Shown here in pieces: positions 52,800-64,000 of a stretch of DNA of 64,000 nucleotides. Below the pieces are notes generated by a model, which searched no databases, was not told the origin of the DNA, and saw nothing but the letters and a program-made list of their open reading frames with translations. Position numbers and translations under genes: made by a program. The DNA comes from Chiloscyllium plagiosum (lineage: Eukaryota), in assembly GCF_004010195.1 (NCBI RefSeq), contig NC_057710.1, positions 73,883,582-73,947,581 of the forward strand, in the 5' to 3' direction. Position 1 is the stretch's first letter, and each line of letters opens with the position of its first letter.

Positions 52800-53170
52800 C
52801 ACATAGTCATACAGAATGGAAACACACACTTTGGTCCAACTCATCCATGCTGACCAGGTTTCCTAAACTGAGCTAGTCTCATTTGCTGGTGTTTTATCCA
52901 TTCTCTAAATCTTTCCTATTGCTATACCTGTCCAAGTGTCTTGTAAATGTTAAAATCATACTCGTCTCTACTATTTCCTCTGGCAGCTCGTTCCATATAT
53001 GTACCATCCTCTGACCCAGTTGCCCCTCCGGTTCCTTTTCAAATCTTTCTCCTCCCACCATAAACCAATGCCCTCTAGTTTGGAATCCCCTACTGTGGGG
53101 AAAAGACCTTACCTATTCACCTTATCTATGCATCTCATGATTCTAAAAAGCCTGAGGTGACCAGTCAGCC
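52800..53170 (-). mobile_element. CR1/HER1-type LINE 3' end
   Basis: Colinear with 33143-33510 and 26345-26700. Confidence 0.85.
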
Positions 53171-53181
53171 TCCCGAATCTA

Positions 53182-53418
53182 CAAAATAAAAACCGAAAGA
53201 ACTGTGGAGGTTGTAAATCAGAAACAAAGGCAGAAGTTGCTGGAAAAGCTCCGCAGTCTGACAACATCTATGGAGAGAAATCAAAGTTAGTGTTTCTGGT
53301 CCGATGACTCTCCCTCGGAAAACCAGAGGAAGGGTTACCGGACCCGAAATGCTAACTTTGATTTCTCTGCATAGCTGCTGCCCGACCTGCTGAGGTTTTC
53401 CAGCAACCTCTGTTTTTG
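53182..53418. mobile_element. Palindromic Penelope-terminus element with hammerhead-like motif
   Basis: Inverted arms of about 85 bp. Plus strand CAGAGGA A GGGTT ACCG GACCC GAAA TGCT AACT. TSD CTCCC(G/A)AATCTA at 53170-53181 and 53419-53430. Confidence 0.85.
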
Positions 53419-53534
53419 CTCCCAAATCTATTAGCCTGCCTTATATCGGTGAAGAAACTTGGGATAGTTATTTTAGAGATGCTGCATAAAAATGCTTTGT
53501 TAAATAATTTAATAAACGATTACATTGATAATAG

Positions 53535-53690
53535 GAAAGAACTTGCATTTATGTACCTCCTGACACAAGCTCAAGCTGTGACGAAAGCATTTTACAGTCA
53601 AACTGCTACTTGAAGTAGTCATTGTTGCAATCCAGGAAACACAGCTGCCACAGTGCGCACACAGGTTCCACTTGTAGCAGCGAGACAAGG
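53535..53690 (-). mobile_element. Deu-domain SINE 3' tail
   Basis: aacttgcatttatgt...aaagcattttacagtcaa...ttgaagtagtcattgttgcaat..aggaaacacagctgcca..gtgcgcacac resembles the recalled SacSINE1/AmnSINE1 3' end. Confidence 0.65.
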
Positions 53691-53697
53691 ACTAGAC

Positions 53698-53750
53698 CAG
53701 GGCTTCCCAAAGTTGGGGCCAGGACCCCAAGTGGGCTAATGAACTGAAAT
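53698..53750 (+). mobile_element. Possible hAT/Charlie-like terminal fragment
   Basis: CAGGGCTTCCCAAA...GGGGCCAGGACCCC resembles hAT TIR starts; no partner end was found. Confidence 0.35.
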
Positions 53751-56744
53751 ATTGGGATGATATGCTCTGAGATAGCAATGGCCACCATAGGACACTGCCT
53801 AAATTGAAATACATTCAACCCTGCTGCATCCAATCAGTCGCCACTCCCTCTTCTCCATTCTTCCTGAAGAGCTGTAACAATGTTCAAGCATCTTTCCACA
53901 TTTGATCTCTTGCTCCAAACTTCCAAATAATAGTAATAATCATCATATCATAAACCTTCATCATTAAAGGAGATAGTGCACTGACTATTTCTAAATAGTT
54001 ATAGCATTTCCAAAAATATTTTGGTGTTGATTAGCAGAGTCAAATTTGTTGTGCATCTCCACAGAATACTATGTCCATCTTCATGGCGAAGATTCATAAA
54101 ATTCTCAGCTTGCGATTGTGCTTGGCAATTGGGAATGTGCTCTGTATCCTCCTTCGCCATTCTCAACATACCTCCTGAACACTTAAAGTTTAGCATTAGT
54201 GTTAGTCTGGGAGCAAGCCTGAGGAGTAGTACTTGCTTGAAAACAAAGAATGCAAAAGGGATAACTTTAAATTACGAAGCTGGCAGGGATGAAGGTACTT
54301 AGATCTTACAATTGGCTCATGAATAATAATTATAATTATGCACAAGAGTGTTACTTTTCCCAGACGTAAAATGCTACAAGAGTGTTTTAATAGCAGTGAC
54401 AATCTTGTTGTAATGTTCCCCCTCAATAATTGTTCTGAGGTTATTTGGGCAAAATCTCTGAAAGGATAAAGCAATTGACCTTAATCCCAGTGCAAAGTGC
54501 ATTGAAATCTTCTGTTGTGAATTGAATAGGTTCTTGCCTACGGTGGTTATACCTGCTGATCCCTTAAAGCTCTCATTGCCTCCTGGTCTATATGTATGGG
54601 CTCTATGAATTGGCTTTGAAATGAAGGGAACCTTTTCCGATACCTTTTCATTGACTTGAGGCTTGATAAAGTTGCTGCTCATGACAGAGGTTATGATTTT
54701 GTACAATAACGAAAGGTGACATGTAGAATGCTGAAGTGAATAGGGTTTCCATGTAAGCCAAATGGCTCAGTTAACTCTGTGTGCTAGTGACAGCATCACA
54801 TTGCTTCAAGGCTGCTTTGGAATTAAATGCTGAGCACTGCTAGATACTAGGCATTGCAGTAAAGCTGATTTTTTTTTTGTCAGCAAATGGGATCTGCAAG
54901 TTAATTGGTGTTTCTGCAGGCTTCTGGCTGTGAAATGAAATTGGAAGCCCTTTAGCCACATGGAAAAGCAGGACCTGAATACAAATGTCACGAGTTACTG
55001 TCTGAAGCTGACTATGAGATGAACGCTTTCTCACTCTGAAGATAGTCTGTTTATAGATGATTTGACTATAGGGATTACGTTTGAGGCAGAATTCCCCATT
55101 TATCATGAACAAGGGCATGCTACATTCTGATGTCCTTGTGCCAAGATAAATAAAATCATTTAAACCTTTGTCGTTTTGACAAAAATAGACCTTCTGTATA
55201 GTGGTAGGTTCAGAATTTTCATGAAGAAACATCTAGTGAAAGAGTTAAATAAAAAATACATTTAAAATGTTACTGCAAAAGAACTATTTGCTGTAGTGTA
55301 GTATGGAAGATTCATTATATTTGTCATTCCTAAAAACAGATCCTGTTACCAAAGCTGGGCCATTCTCATGACGGCCTAATAAAGCTGAAACTCTTAAATT
55401 AAATCCCTGATGCTTAATCTGATGAAACCACTGAGGTAGAAGAATATTAGATGAGTGTCTGCTATACTTCAGAGTGATGGACCCCCAAACAGCTTGTCAA
55501 CACAGGGATTACAATAACAAATTTAATGGTAGACTAACTCTGCCTTAACAAATATTGGAAACGCCAACCAAGATCCCATCTTCAGGATACATTAGTTAAC
55601 GTTCCTCAATTTTCACTTGCTTTTTATTTTAACTGTGAACTGACCTCATTTGAAGAGTATTCAATTGTTTTATATTTTAACAGTTCACAGCAGAGACAAA
55701 CCATAAGCAGTTTTTGATCTGATTTCACATAATCTGTGTTTGTCAGTTCTCATTTTTCTTCACCCAAACAGTTGCTTGATAGCTTGGATAAATTGTTTCG
55801 ATTTGATTTTGCATCATAGAACAAAGAGCAATTATATTTGTTTTATTTGTGACTCTCCTCCACCTCTTTCTTCCCTCCTTGCGAACCAAGCCCCTAACTT
55901 CAATGGTTCAAAACTAACAGGAAATATTTGTGTGAAAATGTATTTAGATGCTGCATTCAAAAACATTTCATGAAGTCTGTTAATTTACTTTAACTTGGGT
56001 TGTTTTTTAATGCAGTATGTAGTCTGCTTTTCAACAAATGAAAAGTGTAGTTTGGAAAAGGGCAATGATTCCCACTTGCCTTCGATAGCCCAGGTAATCT
56101 ATTGCATTAATCAGACAGCCACTGTAAAATGCACAGGGAGTGATTAAAGTATCATACACAATACAATCAGCTTGAAGCAGATGTCAAGACCAATACATCA
56201 AAGTTTAATTCAATAATGGAGTGAATTAGGACAAAAAATCAAACATTCAGTCATCTGAGGACCCTGAGTCCATACCATGACACTCTTCTGAGAGAAGGCT
56301 GTATGCTGAGGGCTTGCCTGCTGCACATGATCAAGCTTTGTCTTTGAAGAAAATGTAAATTGTATAATTACCCGGAATGGCGACCTATTGTTAGTGGGCA
56401 ACGTTTGCAGTATTTCAACTATACTGTTGTGTGAGTGGATAGTTACCCTGAAGCCTTTTTTCAATAAATTTGTATATCCTTTTTGTTATCAAGTTGCTGT
56501 CAGAATTATTGGTAATTGAAATGCTGCAAATACTGCTATTAGGCTCATGGATTCCTGAATTAAACCACATTACTGCATGGTATTATCATCACTGTTCTTA
56601 TGTTTGAAACTTCTTTATTCATAAATGGAACGTTTACTCAAAATACAAGGGAAGCTCATTGCCCAGTTCACGCCGCCTGTTATGTGATGCTGTGTGACAT
56701 GATCAATACCAAGATGCCTCTGACTCCACATCCTCTACACCACT

Positions 56745-57042
56745 GAGATGACGCTCAGTGATTAGTGCTGCTGCCTCACAGCACCAGGGTCCCAGGTTCA
56801 ATTCCAGCCTTGGGCGACAGTCTGTGTGGAGTTTGTATGTTCTCCCAGGTGGGTTTCCTCCAGGTGCTCCGGTTTCCTCCCACAGTCCAAAGATGTGCAG
56901 GTCAGGTGAATTGGCCATGCTAAATTACCCATCGTGTTAGGTACATTAGTCAGAGGGTTGGGCCCAGGTTGGTTACTCTTCGGAGGGTTGGTGTGGACTT
57001 GTTGGGACGAAGGGCCTGTTTCCACACTGCAGGGGATCTAAT
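56745..57042 (+). mobile_element. HE1-type SINE, near full length, older copy
   Basis: ctcagtgattagtgctgctgcctcacagcaccagggtcccaggttcaattcc head, V-domain-like core and tail agggcctgtttccacactgcaggggatctaatc. Confidence 0.9.
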
Positions 57043-57091
57043 CACATTGCCTACCTTTGCCATTTGTGATTAAACTATTGAAATATTTTTA

Positions 57092-57710
57092 TAGGGGAAC
57101 CTCGATTATCTGAACGTAATGGGCGGGCACTATTTCGTTCGGATAATCAATTATTCAGTTAATCGATTTAAATGCCTTTCCTCTGGGGCTCGGAGTTTTT
57201 AAAGTCTGCTTCCCGTTCAGGGGACTGCAGCAGCACACAGCGCTCGAAGTCCCCTGACGTCCCCTCCCCCGCCCCCAACAAACCCTGTGCAACACTGCCC
57301 TCCTGCCGGCTCCCCAACCCCGCGCACCCCTGCCCCCTTTCCGAGGCAGCCAGACTGTACACCAACAACAAGACTGCTGCTGCCTTTGTGGGGTAAGTCG
57401 CCAAATACCGCGTGTGTACACAACATTTTACTGCAACTTTTTGACCGGTTCCACCTTTGCCCTGTACAGGACAATGTTGGAGAGATTATTTAGGGAAGGA
57501 GGGTTTAGGGTACATGCCTGTGTAGAACTCCAGGGAAAGTGTGGAGAGAGAGAGGGGGCAGGAGGTCAGTCATTTAGAGACCGTGCCTGTTTAATCATTG
57601 TAAACAAAAGATGCGATCACTGTTGGAAACATGTCTTTGATGTAATGTTTCCATTGGGACCTGGAGATCTCCTTCGGATAATTGGTATTCGGATAATCAA
57701 GGTTCCTCTG
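57092..57710. mobile_element. 619-bp non-autonomous pogo/Tigger-like DNA transposon, longer relative of the two MITEs
   Basis: TA-TAGGGGAACCTCGATTATCTGAA...TTCGGATAATCAAGGTTCCTCTG-TA; subterminal TTCGGATAAT repeats; GC/CpG-rich interior with no transposase. Confidence 0.88.
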
Positions 57711-59264
57711 TATTGGCTTGTTACCTCCAAGACTGTGACTCGAAGTCACTCCAGACAGTTTTCAGCTCATTCGAGCTCTGCCTGTGTCTCATCCCATCCC
57801 AAACCAAACCAAGTCTATCTTACGTGTCCTTACTGACCTGCATTTATCACTTGCCTTATTATTTTAAACACCAGGACCAGGCCTGCAACAGCAAAATACA
57901 GCCAGTGGTACAGGAGAGCTTGTCAATTCGGGCTATAGTTTCAAATGTGTGACTGGTTGTAACTAAGCAATTGACAAATCACACAATTTTGATCTGCTTG
58001 TAAACTTTATTGGAATTAATTATTGTTGAAATGGAAGGGTTATCACAATCTTTTTAAAACCTTTTTAGCAGCATGTTTGTTTTTTGTCTCTTTTCCTCTG
58101 GTAACAGAAGCTGAACTAACATTTCTCTGGAGCTTTGCTATACATCAGTTGTAATTTATTCGTACTGTTTCCCCAGTGGCATGAATATGAAATTGCATAG
58201 CGCTGTGTGAGTTAGTATCCAGTTATTTAATGGGAAACATGATATTTGCATACTTACACTAAAGAATCTCTTATGTACCAGTCAAACACAATTTGAATTC
58301 TTTATAAATTATCCTGGATATAAAACTAAATGGTGTCGTTAGACTTTGAGTTCAGCTGTATGGTTCAAAGTAGCCAATCATGTTATGACTATGAATCAAA
58401 TGGAAGTTTGTTTTCCACCAGAATTATACTTTGTATTGGATGATCAAAATCTGTTTGCTCTATTTCGTCATGAATCCATTAAGACCATGATGCAGTGAAG
58501 AAGTTGTGCTTCTCCCTCATACCCCCCAGTTTTTGTTTAGGCAAGAGAAGTGCATTTTAGCCACACACAGGCTGCAGTAGTAATTGGTATGTGGTTGCGA
58601 CAGTCCATCTAAATTTGTGGCAGTTGTAGCCTTAAATAGGTGTGCATTAGCAGTGTGATCTGCACATTGTCAAGCATGGATTAATTATTTAGAAGCATGC
58701 GTGCTGTAGTGAATGGGGGAAGGGGTGTGAGCCAAGAGCTGCACAATCCATCTCCCTGTCTCTCAAAATTGACACTTGTGCATTTTTTTTCATTACTTTT
58801 GAATTGCAAGCCTAAATTGAGCTGCAGGCTCCCAAATCATTCTGCAGTAGATGAATGTAATGCTTTTATTCATAAAAGTTTGTTTGCTGAGGCCCACAGT
58901 TTTGCACACCTGTGCAAACACTCATTGCTAACCAGGCAACAATTAATGAAGAGTGTGTAAAAATGATTAATTTAGACCTTGTTCGGAGCCATTTATTCTG
59001 AGGCTGACCAATGGGTCAAAAATTGATATTTATTGTTCATTGTAATAGCAAATTATTCTGACTACATGTTATCTTTGTTCCTGCCAAGACCACTTCATGG
59101 TATTTAGTTTGGAATTATATTATGTTCAACGCTTTCTGCCCTGATGGCTTCATGTTGTGATAAGGTGGGCATTGGACAGGAGCTAAGTTGTGAAAACCAC
59201 ATCTGACACTTAGTACCAGCGTTTCTGTGGTCTGACCAAAACATTCTTTTTCCATTCACTACCA

Positions 59265-60148
59265 GGTTTCGCTGGCTAGGCAAGCCTTTTTCCATAGTTG
59301 CTCTTGACGAGGTGGTGGTGAGCTGCTGCCTTGACCAACTGCAGTCCATGTGCTGTGTAAGAGCACCCATGTTACTGTTAGTGTTTGACCTGGCGAAGCT
59401 GAAGAAATAGCTGTGTATTTCCAATTTGGAATAATGTGTGGCTTGCAAGGAACTTGTAGATAATGCTGTTGCCGTGTATCTGCTGATCTTGTCCTTCTGG
59501 ACAGAAGATTATGGGTTTGGAAGGTGTTGTCTTACGAATCTTGGGACTTTCTGCAATGTATCTTGTGAATGATGCACAACCTATTACTGAATGTCAGTAG
59601 AGAAGAGAATAAATGTTAAAGGTAGTGGATATAGTACCAATCAAGCAGGCTGCTTTGTCCTGGGTCAAGCTTCTTGAGTGTTTGGACCATGTTTGCAATG
59701 AGGTCAGGAGCTGAATGATCACGGCAGAGTCCATGTTGAACACTTCCAAGGCAAGTTTTTTAAAATTCATTCATGTGACGTAGGTATTGCTGTCTGGCCA
59801 ACATTTATTGTCCATCCCTAGTTGCCCTTGAAGGTGGTGGTTAGCGACCACCTTGAGGCACTGCAGTCCATGTGTTGTAGGTTTTCCCATCATGCCATTA
59901 AGGATGGAATTCCAGGATTTTGACCCAGGCACAGTGAAGGGATGTTGATACATTTCCAAGCCAGGATGGTGAGTAGCTTGGAGGGGAACTTGCTGCTTGT
60001 GATATTACTCTTGCCCTTCTAGATGGAAGTAGTCATGGGTTTGGAAGATTCTGTCTGAGATCTTTGGATTTTTTTTGCGGTTAATCTTATAGATAGGTGA
60101 CACTACTGCTGAGTGTTGGTGGTGGCGGATTGGTGCTTGTGGATGTCG
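59265..60148 (-). mobile_element. Two consecutive 3' ends of the second LINE family
   Basis: The tail cttga(c/a)g.ggtggtggt.agc..cc.ccttga...actgcagtccatgtg occurs at about 59300 and about 59825. Confidence 0.8.
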
Positions 60149-60149
60149 T

Positions 60150-62465
60150 AAAGGTACAACTATGTAAACAGATTATGGAAAGACTTAGAGCAATAGGGTG
60201 GTGGTGATAGGAGATTTGAATTTTCCCAACATTGACTGGGATTTACTTAGTGTTGGAGGTCTAGATAGAGCAGAATTTGTAAGGAGAATCCAGAAGGGTT
60301 TCCTCGAGCGGTATGTAATTAGTCCAATTTGGGAAGGACCATACTGGACCTGCTGTTGGGGAATGAGCCTGGCCAGGTGGTTGAAGTTTCAGTAGGGAAT
60401 TACTTTGGGCATAGTGATCACAATTCCATAAATTTTAGAATACTCATGGACAAATATGCGAGTGGTCTTAAAGAAAAAGTGCTAAATTGGGGGAAGCCAA
60501 CTATACCAAACTTCAGTAGGAGCTGGGGAATGTAGATTGGGAGCAGCAGCTTGAGGGTAAATCCACATTTAATATGTGGGTGACTTTTAAAGAGAGGTTG
60601 ATTGGAGTTTAGGAGAGCTATGTTCCTGCGAAAATGAGGGATAGAAATGGCAAGGTTAGGGAACCATGGATGACAGATGAAATTGAGACTAGCTAAGTGG
60701 AAAAATGAAGTGTGTATATGGACAAAGGCAAGTTATGCATGGAGTCAGAAAATGGATGAGATTCTGAGAGTTATCTGCATCGGTATTCACCAAGGAGAGG
60801 GACATGACTGATGTTGAGGTTAGGGATAGATATTTGATTAGGTTAAGTCGGCATAAGAAGGGAGGAAGTGTTGGGTATTCTAAAAGGCATTAAGGTGGAC
60901 AAGTCTCCATGTCCGGATGGGATCTATCCCAGGTGACTGAGGGAAGCGAGAAAGAAAACAGAACTTTGCAGTATCCTTGAACACTGGTGAGGTCCCGGAG
61001 GACTGCTAATTACTAATGTCGTCCCCTTGTTTAAGAAGGGTAGCAGGGATAATCTAGATGGTAATAGACTGGTGGGCCTGACATCAGTGATTGGGAAGCT
61101 GCTGGAGAAGATACTGAGGGATAGAATCTATTCCCATTTCGAAGAAAATGGGCTGATCAGTGATAGCCAAAATGATTTTGTGCAGAGAAGGTCATGTCTT
61201 ACCAACTTAATAGAATTCTTTTGAGGAAGTGCCAAAGTTGGTTGGTTGAGGGAAGGGCTGTAGATATCATTTACATGGACTTCAGTAAGGCATTTAATAC
61301 CATGCGACTTCACCCTCTCCGTGGAAGGCTCCTAAAGAAGGTGAAGTTGCATGGGATCTAGAGTTCTAGCTAGATGGATGGAGAATTGGCTGGGCAACAG
61401 GAGATAGAGTAGTCGTGTAAGGGAGTTTCTCAAAATGGAGACCTGTGACCAGTGGTGTTCCACAGGGTTCTGTGCTGAGACCATTGTTGTTTGTGATATG
61501 CATAAATGATTTTGGAGGAAGCTATAAGTTGTCCAATTTGCATGTTTGCAATGACACTAAGATTGGTGGAATAGCAGATAGTGAAGGTGACTGTCAGAGA
61601 ATACTGCCTATTATGAATAGATTGGAAAGTTGGGTAGAAAAATGGCAGATGGAGTTCAATCTGAGCAAATGCGAGGTGATGCAGTTTGGAAGATTCAATT
61701 CAAGAGCAAACTAAACAGTAAATGGAAAAGCCCTAGGGAAAATTGATGTACAGAGATCTGGGTGTTCGGGTTCATTATTCACTGAAGGTAGCAACACCGA
61801 TCAATAGAATGGTCAGGAAGGCATACGCCATGCTTTCCTTCATTGGATGGAGTATTGAATGCAAGAGTTGAAAGGTCATGTTACAGTTGTATCAGACTTT
61901 GGTTTGGCCACATTTGAAATACCATGTACAATTCTAGTCACCACATATCCAAAAGAATGTGACTGCTTTGGTGAGGGTGCAGAGGAGGTTCACCAGGATG
62001 TTGCCTGGTATGGAGGATGCTAGCTATGAAGAGAGGTTGAGTAGATTAGGATTATTTTCATTGGAAAGACGGAGGTTGGGTGGGGGGGGGGGGAGGCGGG
62101 GAGACCTGATTTAAGGTCTACAAAATCATGAGCAGTATCAACAGGGTGGATAGCAAGAAGTTTTTTCCCCAGAGTAGGGGATTCCATTATTAGGGGTCAC
62201 TGGTTCAAAGTGAGGGGGGAAAGTTTAAGCGAAATACGTGTGGAAAGTTCTTGATGCAGAGGGTGGTGGATGCCTGGAACACATTGCCAGCAGAGGTGTT
62301 AGATGCAGGCACGATAGTATTGTTAACAAAGTTGTTAGGCAGATACATGAATGGGCAGGGAGCAAGAGGATAGAGATCCTTAGAAAATAGGTGACAGGTT
62401 TAGATGGAAGATCTGGATCAGTGCAAGCTTGGAGGGCTGAAGGGCCTGTTCCTGTGCTGTAACTT
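60150..62465 (+). mobile_element. CR1/HER1-type LINE, longest copy in window (end of APE endonuclease, RT, 3' UTR), inactivated
   Basis: [76 protein letters not shown]; multiple stops and frameshifts; tail gaagggcctgttcctgtgctgt. Confidence 0.93.
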
Positions 62466-63177
62466 TGTTCTTTGTGTCAATCAAGTAAACTGCTTTGCGC
62501 TGGGTAGTGTCAAGTGCCTGTTTGTTGGACTGTTTGCCTGTAAATAACACTTCAAGCTGTTTAACTGCTTTCAACAAAGTGTGGTCTACATAGAGTATTG
62601 CTCAAGAACTGATGGTTTTTGATGATGCGATGGATCCATATTCTGCAATCCTGTTTTTAAAAGGATCCATTGACATTGGGAGGTGAGACAAATTCACTTT
62701 ATTTTCGAACCCTGTGGAATTTCTCAGTTGCTGTGGTGTTGCTTGTCACAGCTGTCAAAATTTGATCAGAGTTTTCTAAGCAGATTGGGTGATTGGTCTG
62801 AAGTTTATTCCGATAGGAGTTCTTAATTACAAAGCTAAGAAAAACTTTATTATAGAACATCAACCAGGCACACAAATGTCACATCTTTATCACTGAATTA
62901 CATAATTAATGACGTAAAAATATGCTAGAAGTACGTTGTTTAATTTCTGGTGAATAGTGTGGTGAATGTATATGCTGTGTGCACTCTCTTAACTTTATCA
63001 AAAGCTTTGCGCACTGAGATTTCTGTCGCCCTTGTGTTTATTTAGCATTTTTGCTCTGTAAAAATGATATTCTAATAGCTGGTTAAATTCCAGTTATGAG
63101 ACACTTTATCATGAGTTAATTTCCATTGAGAAATGAAAAATGCCAAATACTAAAAGGCCTTTTTGCTATTTATGTAA

Positions 63178-63495
<318 letters not shown>

Positions 63496-63595
63496 TAATT
63501 TAAGGACTTATTCTCCAGTCAATTATAATGCACTAGTGCTCTTTCTGGTTGTTCCAACTTAGCGTTGTTTGGTGCTGATGGTAGGAATCGAGATG

Positions 63596-63676
63596 GGCAC
63601 GTGCCCGAAACGTCGAATCTTCTGTTCCCTAGATGCTGCCTGACCTGCTGTGCTGTTCCAGCAATAAAGTTTCAGC
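63596..63676 (+). mobile_element. 81-bp young Penelope-terminus insertion (3' half of hammerhead motif)
   Basis: Perfect 14-bp TSD TAGGAATCGAGATG at 63582-63595 and 63677-63690. Insert reads (G)GGCACGTGCCC GAAA CGTC GAAT...gatgctgcctgacctgctgtg...AATAAA. Confidence 0.9.
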
Positions 63677-64000
63677 TAGGAATCGAGATGCAAATGGAAT
63701 GGTCTGACTTCTCGAGGGCAGTTAGAAAGCCACATCAAATGCTGTCCTTGACAGTGGTGCTTGCATATTATGAAGCAATATATTTATAATGTTGTGTGTC
63801 AAGCTGGGACTCCTTCACCTAGTATTCAAAAGCCAATACAAAGGCACATAACTGTTGGAGGATTTTGCTAAAGTAAATAAGGAAACAATGTTTTCATGGG
63901 CTAGTAAGTAAGTAGCTGGAGGACATGAGTGTAAAGTTATTACCAAAAGGGTGCAGTTGGAATTATTTATTATGTATTTACTTAGAGGAAATGGAATGCA

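Noticed and set aside
57155-57952. Cluster of ORFs suggesting a gene or transposase
   Set aside because: Caused by the GC-rich, stop-poor MITE interior; no DDE or HTH motif.
62077-62102. Functional G-quadruplex
   Set aside because: Homopolymer expansion inside a dead LINE; may include sequencing length error.
60150-62465. Active reverse transcriptase gene or retron-like system
   Set aside because: 5'-truncated CR1 with stops, frameshifts and a destroyed FADD motif; eukaryotic LINE debris.

Overview
This is vertebrate genomic DNA, most likely a shark, judged from HE1-type SINEs, HER1/CR1-type LINEs and a Deu-type SINE. The whole window lies inside one + strand gene, ZSWIM6. Four internal coding exons (29034-29390, 30691-30839, 36807-36957, 63308-63487) splice with GT-AG junctions into one open 279-codon stretch that includes the SWIM zinc finger. 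They correspond to exons 2-5 by recalled human numbering. The rest is intron, densely filled with decayed CR1-group LINE fragments, tRNA-derived SINEs, Penelope-like (GIY-YIG) retroelement remnants and a pogo/Tigger-like MITE family. Nearly all ORFs in the supplied track are repeat debris or noise. The most notable structure is at least four distinct families of Penelope-type termini carrying a minimal hammerhead-ribozyme core (CUGANGA-stem II-GAAA-NNUH) with covarying stems. Several of these are short stand-alone hairpin insertions with clear target-site duplications. Also notable are a stop-free 657-nt exon 2-4 block suited to back-splicing and a double-tailed LINE insertion with a 29-bp duplication. 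Repeat boundaries were read by eye and are approximate unless a TSD is given.
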